A DNA stretch of 38,971 nucleotides. Origin: Filifactor alocis. Its GTDB lineage: Bacteria > Bacillota > Clostridia > Peptostreptococcales > Filifactoraceae. The stretch is from positions 1 to 38,971 of the forward strand of contig JAUMWQ010000001.1 in assembly GCA_030529565.1 (NCBI GenBank). The letters run 5' to 3'. This document shows positions 10,303 through 20,200 of the stretch, one piece after another. The translations under genes and the position numbers were made by a program. The notes beneath the pieces were generated by a model. It was not told the DNA's origin. It saw only the letters and a program-made list of their open reading frames with translations, and ran no database searches. Numbering within the stretch: the stretch's first letter is position 1; the number at the start of each line of letters is the position of its first letter.

Positions 10303-11126
10303 AGTTTCTCCTCCTTTTCCTTATCGACATTATATCCTTCACACCATTCTTCGACCGAAGAATAGCATACGCATTCCTCCCAAAACTCTTCTTTGAAATA
10401 ATCCAGCAAAAATTCAGGAAAAGCACTGAGAACAAGGACCCTGTCTCCAAACTGTCTCTGTTTTTTGTAGACGGTTGCAGGATCTACCTGCTCTGTATAT
10501 TCCTCGTACTCTATGAGTTCTTTAGTCTCCCACAAAAAAGAGATCTTCTCCACAAACTCTTTGATAAGCATTCTCCAAATATCAGGGGAATACTTTCTAA
10601 AATCTGTATTCCTTCCTCTTCGAGCAGAAAATTTACGGTATCCCGAATAGTCCGCTACTTTGTAGAACCACTCCTCCCCTTCATCGGTATAGCCGAAATC
10701 TCTGAGTGCTTCTACCATCGGATAACTGATATAGAGCTTGCCGTTTTCCGTTTCATTATCAAAACTCTCAAGCATACTTTCCATTATATCGCTCACACCC
10801 TCTATATTGCTCTTATCCTCACTCGAAAGATTGTTTTGATGAGCGTCGTGATCAAAAAACAAAAACACTTCCGAAAAATCATCTCGGCTGATCCCTTCGA
10901 GAGATTTTCTGATTTTTTCATCTCCTTCCTTCAACACCTCGATCAGGTCGGTTTCAAAATCATCCTCCTTCAACTGTTTCCATAACATATATATATTTTC
11001 TCCGGCAGGCAAGGTAATAATAAGAGAGTCCTCATCATCAAAAAAGTTTTTTTCCAAGTTTTTGATGATCCCTACCTCCCTTCTCTCCCCTTCCACAATA
11101 AATGCCTTACAAGCTTTTTTCTTCAT
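10287..11126 (-). CDS. TOPRIM/RloB-like protein, partner of the upstream ATPase
   Basis: N-terminal FIVEGERRE (TOPRIM glutamate), FLFFDHD (DxD) and LYISYPMVEAL (similar to the RloB SNPxxE motif); overlaps the ATPase stop. Confidence 0.6.
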   Translation of the reverse strand: MKKKACKAFIVEGERREVGIIKNLEKNFFDDEDSLIITLPAGENIYMLWKQLKEDDFETDLIEVLKEGDEKIRKSLEGISRDDFSEVFLFFDHDAHQNNLSSEDKSNIEGVSDIMESMLESFDNETENGKLYISYPMVEALRDFGYTDEGEEWFYKVADYSGYRKFSARRGRNTDFRKYSPDIWRMLIKEFVEKISFLWETKELIEYEEYTEQVDPATVYKKQRQFGDRVLVLSAFPEFLLDYFKEEFWEECVCYSSVEEWCEGYNVDKEKEEKLCTKK

Positions 11127-12225
11127 CGAATGCCCCCGCCTTAAACATCTTCTGCAAATTATGTGCCTTGCGCAGTTCCTTGTGAGTCTTATCAGACAAC
11201 GGTTGGATCGTATTGTTCTCTATCATAAAATAACAATCCGGTCGTAGCAGTTCATTACTGATCAGGTCTGTATTATGGCTTGAGAGAAAAATTTGAACAT
11301 CAGGGATCTCTCTTATCTTTTTAACCAAGTTCTGTGCCAGTTTAAAATGATAGAATGCATCAAATTCATCGATAAACACAAAGGATGCCTTGTGCATTCT
11401 AATATACCAATAATAAAAAAGTGCCAATGACCTCGTTCCTGTAGAAGCGATTTTGAAAAAATCAACACTTTCCTTGCCAAACACACAATGGATCGCGTTC
11501 TCCCCGTCAACGGATACTTCTTTCAACTTGTAGTCAATGTCATTTTCTCTCAAAAATTCTTCGAAATCATAAAGTTTTCCACTTTCAAGTATCCCTTCGG
11601 AAAGTGTCTGAGCGCCGACTTGAAGCCCTTCGTATCCTCTTGTATCCAAGGAATAAAACAAAAGCATATTATCTACGAACCTCATAAAGGATACAAAGGC
11701 TCTGTTTTTCTCATCTTGTTCCAAGATGGAATTGCTTGCCACATATTTTACCCTGGATATGATGTTATCGCTTACCATTGAGCGGTTCAAGGTCTCGGAT
11801 CCCTTCAACTTTGTAAAACCTTTTTTCTTTCTATGATCATATTCCACTACCTTTTCTTTATCGATCCGTAATTCCTCATATAGAAGGGTATTGACATCTT
11901 CCTTCATATACCTGTAGCCCAACTCCATACCGTGAAATTGAAAGATGTATTCAAATTCGACTGCAGAAGCTCTGTTTTCCAAGTTTCTATACAACTGATA
12001 ATTAGAATAGATCTTTTCTTTGTCTGTAAGATGAAAAATAATATCGAGCAAGGCTAAGCCGAAATTTGATTTTCCGCTCCCATTGATCCCGAAAATAATT
12101 CCCTTTGTGATGCATCCCTCAGAGATCACCGAAGGATGAAATGTATAATTATTCGGAGAGGCAAGATCAAAGGTGATCTTCTCCTTAAATCCTTTAAAGT
12201 TCTTTACACTGAATTGTTTAAGCAT
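11107..12225 (-). CDS. AAA_21-type ABC ATPase (RloA/AbiL-like)
   Basis: MLKQFSVKNFKGF start, Walker A GINGSGKS, degenerate signature ASTGT, Walker B FVFIDEFD, H-loop SSHN; no TM segments. Confidence 0.85.
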   Translation of the reverse strand: MLKQFSVKNFKGFKEKITFDLASPNNYTFHPSVISEGCITKGIIFGINGSGKSNFGLALLDIIFHLTDKEKIYSNYQLYRNLENRASAVEFEYIFQFHGMELGYRYMKEDVNTLLYEELRIDKEKVVEYDHRKKKGFTKLKGSETLNRSMVSDNIISRVKYVASNSILEQDEKNRAFVSFMRFVDNMLLFYSLDTRGYEGLQVGAQTLSEGILESGKLYDFEEFLRENDIDYKLKEVSVDGENAIHCVFGKESVDFFKIASTGTRSLALFYYWYIRMHKASFVFIDEFDAFYHFKLAQNLVKKIREIPDVQIFLSSHNTDLISNELLRPDCYFMIENNTIQPLSDKTHKELRKAHNLQKMFKAGAFDEEKSL

Positions 12226-12285
12226 ATCCTTCCCCTCAATTCATATTTGATGCTATTATTCATTGCATGGTCGATATCAACAATT

Positions 12286-12403
12286 TATACTATTATCTAT
12301 TAGAATTGACAGGTTGAATGCTTTAAAAGCATAGGATCGTCCAAATTGTTTTCAGCAATTGTATATTCTGTATACCCGACATTTCAAACGGAGAATAGTA
12401 TTA
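12286..12403 (-). mobile_element. MITE/BOX-like repeat, subtype A (118 bp)
   Basis: Reverse complement TAATACTATTCTCCGTTTGAAATG...ATTCAACCTGTCAATTCTAATAGATAATAGTATA. Homologous to 32170, 35895 and 37730; imperfect TIR matches at 20/27 positions. Confidence 0.85.
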
Positions 12404-12493
12404 TATCCCACAGAAGGATCAACCTTTCACAACCGCGGAATAGATAGGAAGATCTCTGTTTTTTCTTTGTTGGACTCTTATTTATTATAAATA

Positions 12494-12545
12494 ATTATAC
12501 CACTGATATTCACTTTTTATAATAGGAACCGTATTTTTTTTACGG
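12494..12545 (-). promoter_or_regulatory. Candidate native promoter and operator of the ATPase cassette
   Basis: Extended -10 TGGTATAAT (12494-12502, minus strand) and palindrome CCGTA-N7-TACGG (12529-12545). Confidence 0.45.
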
Positions 12546-12609
12546 AACAAGTTGCATTTTTTATATTTTTATTGCTATGTACAAAACTCTATAAATACGA
12601 GAACCTGAC

Positions 12610-12642
12610 AAAAAAATCTCAAAGATCATTCGACCTTTGAGA
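12610..12642 (-). terminator. Terminator of rpsF-ssb-rpsR
   Basis: TCTCAAAG/CTTTGAGA stem next to an A7 run. Confidence 0.8.
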
Positions 12643-12651
12643 CCTTTATTT

Positions 12652-12885
12652 CTAGTCTACTGTATATGGCAAAAGTGCAATGTTTCTTGCACGTTTGATC
12701 GCTAGAGTCAGCTTTCTTTGAGCTTTTGCAGATGTTCCCGTTACTCTTCTGGGAAGAATTTTGCCCCTCTCGGAGATATACTTTCTCAAAAGTGCAACGT
12801 CTTTGTAGTCGATAAGGTTGATCTTATCTCCTGCAAACGGATCCGCTTTTCTTCTTTTTCTTACGTTTCCTTTTTGGAATGCCAT
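12652..12885 (-). CDS. rpsR: 30S ribosomal protein S18 (cysteine-free, non-zinc form)
   Basis: [39 protein letters not shown]; no Cys residues. Confidence 0.97.
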   Translation of the reverse strand: MAFQKGNVRKRRKADPFAGDKINLIDYKDVALLRKYISERGKILPRRVTGTSAKAQRKLTLAIKRARNIALLPYTVD

Positions 12886-12902
12886 GATTTTCCCTCCTTT
12901 AC

Positions 12903-13406
12903 TTAGAACGGTACGTCATCGTCTTCCAGTTCTCGGTACCCGTCCTCATCCAAGCCCTTGGGCTGATAAGTCGCCGGTGCGGATGCACCTGCTCCTCCGA
13001 ACCCTCCGGGTTCAAAAACGTTTTGAGGACCTCCCTGATATTCCTGATATGACGCTCCGGACTGTGTGCTACTTCTTTGGTTTCTATCGCCCCACTCAAG
13101 GAACTGAACGTTTTCCGCTACGATCTCGGTCACATAACGTTTTTCTCCGGTCTGTGTTTCGTAGCTTCTGTTTTCAATGGAACCTTTAACAGCGACCAAT
13201 CTGCCTTTTGCAAGGTAGTTGGCACAATTCTCCGCTGTTTTTCCCCAAACGACAATATTGAAAAAATCCGTCATCTTCTCTCCCGTTTTGGAAGTATAGG
13301 TTCTATCCACCGCAATGGAAAAAGTGGATACCGCCTTTCCGGTAGACGGAATATAGCGAAGTTCGGGGTCTCTGGTCAATCTTCCGATCAATATCGCAAT
13401 ATTCAT
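12903..13406 (-). CDS. ssb: Single-stranded DNA-binding protein
   Basis: [15 protein letters not shown]-fold start and acidic DDDVPF tail. Confidence 0.97.
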   Translation of the reverse strand: MNIAILIGRLTRDPELRYIPSTGKAVSTFSIAVDRTYTSKTGEKMTDFFNIVVWGKTAENCANYLAKGRLVAVKGSIENRSYETQTGEKRYVTEIVAENVQFLEWGDRNQRSSTQSGASYQEYQGGPQNVFEPGGFGGAGASAPATYQPKGLDEDGYRELEDDDVPF

Positions 13407-13423
13407 CTCAAACCTTCCCTTTC

Positions 13424-13711
13424 TTACGCTTCCACGTTAACGATCATTTGACGAATTACTTTGTCGTTGATCTTCAAGTTACGTTCAACTTCCTTCGGAA
13501 CGTCGATATCCGCCTTGAATACTACCAAAACATAGTATCCGTCTGTAAAATCTTCGATCTCGTAAGCCATTTTGCGATTTCCCCAAACATCAACCTTGTC
13601 GATCTCGCCCTTGCCTTCTTCGATAACGGATTTTACCTTTGCCAACACCGCTTCCTTCACGTCTTCTTCTACATTCGGTTTCAGAATATAGATCAGTTCA
13701 TAATTTCTCAT
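13424..13711 (-). CDS. rpsF: 30S ribosomal protein S6
   Basis: MRNYELIYILKP, WGNRKMAYEI, GYY motifs; canonical rpsF-ssb-rpsR order. Confidence 0.97.
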   Translation of the reverse strand: MRNYELIYILKPNVEEDVKEAVLAKVKSVIEEGKGEIDKVDVWGNRKMAYEIEDFTDGYYVLVVFKADIDVPKEVERNLKINDKVIRQMIVNVEA

Positions 13712-13717
13712 TTCTCT

Positions 13718-13760
13718 TCACCTCCCTTTGGACTATAACGGCTCTTTCGAGCAGAAAGAT
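13718..13760 (-). ncRNA. S6:S18 ribosomal protein leader (cis-regulatory RNA)
   Basis: Minus strand ATCTTTCT-GCTC-GAAA-GAGC-CG-TTATAGTCCAAAGGGAGGTG directly before rpsF. It has the hairpin-CCG, pyrimidine anti-SD and SD layout of the Firmicute S6:S18 motif. Confidence 0.75.
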
Positions 13761-13799
13761 GTATCACTTCAATATGGAATTGAAATTTCATACCCAAGT

Positions 13800-13828
13800 A
13801 TTTTATCACAAAATTGTTGTACTTGCAA
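13800..13828 (-). promoter_or_regulatory. Sigma-A promoter of rpsF operon
   Basis: TTGCAA-17 nt-TAAAAT with extended TG. Confidence 0.7.
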
Positions 13829-13829
13829 G

Positions 13830-13860
13830 AAAACAATCCCCCCGCATAGGGCAGGGGGAT
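13830..13860 (-). terminator. Terminator downstream of the giant SLH gene and its orphan tail copy
   Basis: Minus strand ATCCCCCTGC-CCTAT-GCGGGGGGAT followed by TGTTTT. Confidence 0.75.
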
Positions 13861-13917
13861 CTCTTTTGTGTCAAAAGAATTCTTCTCAAGACTCAGAAGA
13901 TCTTACTTGTGGTTCGA

Positions 13918-14211
13918 TCCTACGGTATGATCAGTACTTGCTTCAAGTACGTCTGCATAAGCCCAGTAATCTTGTTTCAGGTCTTTGTATCTGTCAGACT
14001 TGGACAAGTAGTCTTTCTCTTTGTCCTTAGTTCTTCTTAGATTTTGCAAACTTGTCTGTTGCCTTAGAATCGTTTCCGCCAAGGTCATGCGCACCGACAT
14101 CTTTAGATTTTCCTATAGTGTGGTCGGTACTTGCTTCAAGTACGTCTGCATAAGCCCAGTAATCTTGTTTCAAGTCTTTGTATCTGTCGGACTTGGACAA
14201 GTAGTCTTTCT
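13918..14211 (-). repeat. 101-bp direct repeat of the SLH-tail coding sequence (13918-14018 and 14111-14211)
   Basis: Both copies encode KDYLSKSDRYKDLKQDYWAYADVLEASTDHT(I/V)G; 7 mismatches, spacing 193 bp. Confidence 0.95.
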
Positions 14212-17200
14212 TCGGAGTTCTTTCGATCATTTTGTTTACTACAGTAACAACTTCCGCTCTTGTGATCGGTTGGTTCGGTTTGAAGCTTCCATCCGGATAT
14301 CCGCCCATCCATCCTTGAGCTACCGCGTTATCCACGTATTTCTTAGCCCAGTGAGAATCGTTGACGTCTTTGAACTTGGAAGGTGTATCTGTCTTCAACT
14401 GTGCAAACTTGGAGATGATTACCGCAAATTCAGCTCTTGTAATATGGTTGTTCGGTCTGAAACTTCCATCCGGGTATCCTGTTAAGATGTTGAATCCTTC
14501 GAGGTATCCAATGTAGTTCGTGTACCATACGCCCGATCTTACATCGCCGAACTCGGAACGATAGTTTTCATCCATTAAGATCGCACTCTTCATCAATCTT
14601 GCAAAGATTGCGGATACCTCAGCTCTTGTGATAGGAGCTCCCGCTTTCACGGTCTTGTCAGGATATCCTGTGATATAAGCAAACTTCGCATTTTTGTTCA
14701 ACTCGATATAACCTTTATCTTCACCCGGATCAGGTGTCGGTACCGGAGTAGGTGTAGGTGTAGGTTTCGGTGTCGGAGCAGGTGTAGAAGGCTGACCGCC
14801 GCCGGCGCCACCACCGCCGGTGCCACCGGACTGAGTCCAATGTGCGATCAGGGCAACGTTGTCTGTGATCGGTGTAGAGCTATCATATTTGTTTCCATTT
14901 ACATCGTACCATCCGTCAAAGGTATATCCCGGTCTTGTCGGTGTCGGCAAGGTGGTCGGTCTTCCTTTTTCTACCATTTGAGTTGCCGGTCCGGTTAAGG
15001 TTCCGCCATTGGGATCAAAGGTGATGGTCGCTTGGTTTGCCATAGCATCTTCCGGAATACTTACCGGTATTTCGATTTCTTTTCCGCTTGTCTTATGACG
15101 CAGTTTCAATGTTTTCGGTCCTACACCTGTAGCAGTGATGATTCTGTTATCAGGTCCGCTTAAGGTGATCGGTCCGTCCGCACCCACTACATCAAAATCA
15201 GCGATCGATAGAGGATATTCGTTTCCGTTATCATCGAACATCTTAATATCAAACGGTCCCATCGCATCCAAAGTCTTCGGAACGTCTTTCTCCGTTTCCA
15301 AAGGTCTCGGTCCGATGTAGTCGATATAATCCACTTCGATTTCTTTTCCTGACAATATCGTCGTATCAAGCTTTCCGCTCTCCAAAACGATGGCTGTCAG
15401 TTTCGTTGTTCTGGGGGCATTGGTCTCCCAGTTCAATGTTACATTGTGAGCCGGATTCGAAGAAGAAGGCTCTGTCAAGGAATTCGTACCCGCAAACGAT
15501 GCGACTCCGACATCCTCAACAATCCACATTACAGTAGCATTCGGAGCTCCGTTCAAATCGACAACCGCATTGATCATAACATCGGTGTCCCCATTTTGTC
15601 TGAATACGATCGGTTTTTCTGTAATTTGAATCGAAGGTGCAGCAGCTGCATTCGGATCAAACACAACGATTTTTAGAACTTTCTTGATATTCGGATTCGA
15701 TTTCAGAGTGAATTCCGCTTCATCCACACCCGGAGACAATCCTTCAATCTTGTTGTCATCCATATGGATAGCACTGTGTGTCGTCATACCGCCGGAGCGT
15801 ACTACTACATCAAACTCATCGGCAGGCACAGGCACACCATTGATATCCAGAACGAAGGGTACTTCTCCACCGACCGGTACCATTACGATCTCGTTCGGTA
15901 CAGGGAAACCACCCGGGTAGTTCGGATCATTCGGATTTGCTCCGATATTCGGATCGGTCGGATCCGGATTTACTCCAATATCTGCATTTGTCTCATCATA
16001 TACTTTTACAGGCACTTTAACCGGCGGATAACCTTCTACTACCACATAGACTTCCGTATCTCCCGGCGTCTTTCCGTCGATCGTATTCGGAACAGATCCG
16101 TTGTTTGCGATCACAGGATTTGCAGGTACAATACTAATTTTGTCCGCAGGTACCGGTGTTCCATCTGCATAGGTGATGCCCGTGATGGTTCCCGTTCCGT
16201 TTACAGGGATCAACAGCTTGTTCGGCTCTACCTTGATCGGTCCGGGCTTCGGTGCGATCGGTTGTACTCTTTGCAACTCAAACGGTTGAGAAGGATCGAG
16301 TGTACCGATGTTCGGGTTGTCATCTTCTGTCAAGTCTCCTGTAACCTTTACAGATCCGCTTGTAGGCGACTTCTGAATGATCTCTCCCACTTCACTCACC
16401 TTGAAGTTGGAACCCGCCTCCGGTTTCAGATCATCTACGAAATACGGCAATGCCGCTCCCGATACGATTTGAACGCTTGTCGGATCATTCGGATCTTCAA
16501 TGTGCAGTTGAACGCTTAGAGGAGTGTTTACAGGTACTTTTTCTCCATTCTTTAGGGGAACAAGTTCTGTCAAACCTGTCGCCGGATTGAATACCGACTT
16601 GACAACTACCAGTTTTTTGTTTCCTTGCAGGTTGTTGTATACTGCTATCTTGCCTTCAGCAGTCAAAACTTCTCCGCCCGGCAATGTTACAGTTACCTTA
16701 TAGGAGGTTGCTCCCGGAACTTTTCCTTCGAACGCCTTCACAACAGGAGGAGCCAAAGGAGTTGCTTGGTTTTCTGCAACTTTTCCATTCAAGGGTTGAT
16801 TGTTAAATTGAACGAATACATCGGCTCTGTTTGTTGTATAGTCTGCCAGAGGCTTCTCTACTGTACCGTTCTTCGGCTTCACTTTGATCTTATCAAACAG
16901 CAGATCACGTACTTCTCCAACTCCTACAGCAAAGTCGGGAAGAACCAATTCGTGCTCCTGACCTTGAGTATTGGAGTCGTGGTTTACTATTTGAACAGGG
17001 ACTGCAATTGAAGCGCTCGGATCGTTTTTCAAGGAGATGCCCAATTCATTCGTTCCCGTTACATCGCCCGAAGACTTCTTGACATAAACTTTTCCATCTT
17101 CAACGACGATCGTGTTCTTCGTAGGATCTTGCAGATCTGACTGAGCAATACCATCCAATAGATCCGGAGGTACTTCACGGCCATTCTTATCTTTTACAAC

Positions 17201-20200
17201 AAGTTCTACCTTGTCATCTGCGGTCCACAAGTCTACACGACTAGGCTCTACAGTCAGCGGTCCTGAGAAGACGTAGCCTGCGACTACTGTGATCTTACCT
17301 TCAGCGCTCAATCCTTCGGAAGGAATGGTAGCGATGAGTTTTGTCTCACGAGTTCCTGCTGCAGAGATACCTTTTACTCTTGCAAGTTCTCCTCTTACCA
17401 CGCGTCCGTCTTCTGTTGCAGGGATCGTTGTATTGATACCGTTGATATCAAGATCCGATACCGTAACATCTTCTACCTTGAGTCTCACATACTTCGCAGG
17501 AACAGGGATTCTCTCGGCGCCCTTCTCGAGGTATAGACCGACTGATTTGATTTGATTTGTTACAAGATCCGTATCAGGAACCTTCAAGGCACCGTCCGTG
17601 TATACGAAGACATCCTTGGTGTCTCTGATTTCCGGGAATCCCGGTAGGCTTGCAGTAACTGTAGTTCTTCCAACCTCAGCTCCGGACAGTGTTCCTTCCG
17701 GAGTTGTAGCTGCTACTGCCGGATTGGCAGGTGTCAACTCTACAAGAGGTCTCAATGCCTCCTGCAATGCCGGAGCAAGCGGTTGACCGTTGCTTACAAA
17801 CTCGATTTGAGGTTCTTTTGTTCCATCTTTCTTCACCCAAACAGGCTCATCTTTGATCACGAGCTTGGTATCGGCCGGAATAACAATGACTTTTCCTGTC
17901 ACGTCTTTTCCTTCAAAGGTAGCTTTTACATCGGTAACTCCAACGTTATCTCCTTTGATTCGAATGTTCTTTCCGCTCTTGTTTCCATACTCGCTCGCAA
18001 TGCCGCCGGGTGCAAAACTCAATTCATACAAGTTTCTATCCAACTCAAGAGCCGGAGTTACTCCTTGATATTGAGCACTTACGATCATTTGCTCGTTCGT
18101 AGATCCTTGCTTGATAACGATTGCCTCGGGATTCAAGGTCAATTCATTCAACGCTGTGCTCGCCGGAACGACTGTCAGAGGTTTTTCTCCCTCATAGACT
18201 CTTCCTGAAGGCAGGCTTACCTTCGCCTTCAACGCATCCGCTCCCGCTGTATTTCCTGTAACGACAGCGATCACAGGTGCTGTTGGAACTGTTCCCGGCG
18301 CCTTTGCTACCGTTACATTGGTATCTGCAGCACTCAAATCTACGTTATCGCTGTTCTTCACATACTCTTCGGTATCTTGTTTAATTCCATCACCGTTTGT
18401 ATCGATGAAGAGTTTGTATTTTGCTTCTTCATTCGGTTTCAAAAGACCGTTCTTATCCGTAATCTCTTCAAATCCGATCTTTCCGTCCGCAGCCGGAGGT
18501 GTAGTGTCGTCGTAGACGATGACGGTTACATCCTTGGTGATATCTCCAACTGCCAACTTAAGGGTGGTCGTACCTACTTCAAGACCTCTGATCTTCGTCT
18601 TGATTCCTCCATCAAACTCGGCTTTCGCAGGATGCAAGAATTCAGATCTCGTCAACAAGGTCTCAGCATTCAAGTGATCGAACTCCGGTCCGACCAAAGA
18701 AGCCAACTTGTAGGCAACATCCAGTGTCTCTCCCACTTTCACACGAACGATCTCGGGTGTCAGCTCAAGACTATGGCTTGACGGTGTATACTGGTGAGGA
18801 GTTACCTTAACTGTTCCCTCAGGCGTATACACCTGATCTCCGTATTTCACGGTATAGTTGTACGGTCCTCCCGATGTCAAACCTTTTACTTGGAACTGCT
18901 TGCTTTCTCCCTGAGGAGGCAAGATCTCAAATTGATTTTGACCTGCAGGTGTAAACTCTTGCAACTGATCAGGGTGAACTTCTCTTAAAACAGGTCCGGC
19001 AGGAGTTTGAACTCTTGCTTTAAGAGTAAGCAGAGGACTCTTTCTTCCAACTGCGACCGATACATCGCCGGGTTCAACTACAAAACCTAACAACTGCTCA
19101 TTATCTTGCAAAATCGGAGGTTGCGGTTTTTTGACCTTGATCGTTACGATGTCGAAGATATTCGGATTGTCCTTCCAGCTTACCTTGACCTTCGCCTCTC
19201 CCTGAACATCAGCCTTGAGGGTGATCTTACCGTCGCTGGATATCTTACCTTGATCATGACCCGACTCAAGGATACCGGAATCCGCCATCAATTCCCAATC
19301 GAATTTTCCTGCTCTATCTAGATTTGCAGGAGCTATCAACTGAGGTTTCTGAGATGCATCGATACCGTCCCAAGCATTGAACTTCAACTCATACTCGGTG
19401 GATGTCGTTGCTGTTTCGAGTTTTATTACGAGGTCTCCGTTGGTTTGAAGGGTTCCGTTCGGATCCTTGACCATATCCGGATACTCGGGATTGCCCTCGG
19501 AATCCGCAAAACGAATATCTTTTGCCGTCAACTCGATAGGAACATCGGTTCCATTCGGCTTCTTGAACAGAGACTCCAGGTTTTGGAGATTGATATCCGC
19601 TGTTCTCAGACCGTCTATCGTTCTGAATCCGTAAGGCGCATTGTAAGTCAGTTTGTAATCGTCAAATGCAGGCAGTTTGATCTTATGCTTATCACCGTCA
19701 TTGGTTGCTTCTCCCTGCTTGTTTGCGGAAGGTCCTATCAACTTGTAGGTACCCTTCTTGATATAGCTGTCGCTATCTTGATACTGGTGGTCACTATTCT
19801 TATCCAAGTAAGGATAGATATTGACCTTTCCTGCCAGTACTTCCTTGATCCTAAAGTCGATCAAGCTTCCGTCATACTTGGTATCATCAAGTGCAAAGGT
19901 AAAGTTGACATTACCTACGGCATCTTCGCCCGACTCAAATTTTTCAAAGATCGTATCCGCTCCCGGTCTCGTCTTGATGATATTAAGACCGTTGATCTTA
20001 TTGTCGGCCTCTGTTTCATAATATTTGTTATCTTCTTCCATAGAATCTACCAAGGGCTTGTCGTTATCTGCAAACTGCTCCCTCAGAGATGCTTTGGATT
20101 TTTCAAAGGTATAGTCCTTATCAAAGGTCCAGATATACTTCTCCATTCTTACGGGATCCGCAGGATCCAGATTGAAGGACACCGTATACTCCTTGGTTGT

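Noticed and set aside
13918-14211. DGR template/variable repeat pair
   Set aside because: Mismatches are not confined to adenines of one copy and are mostly synonymous, and no reverse transcriptase is present in the window.
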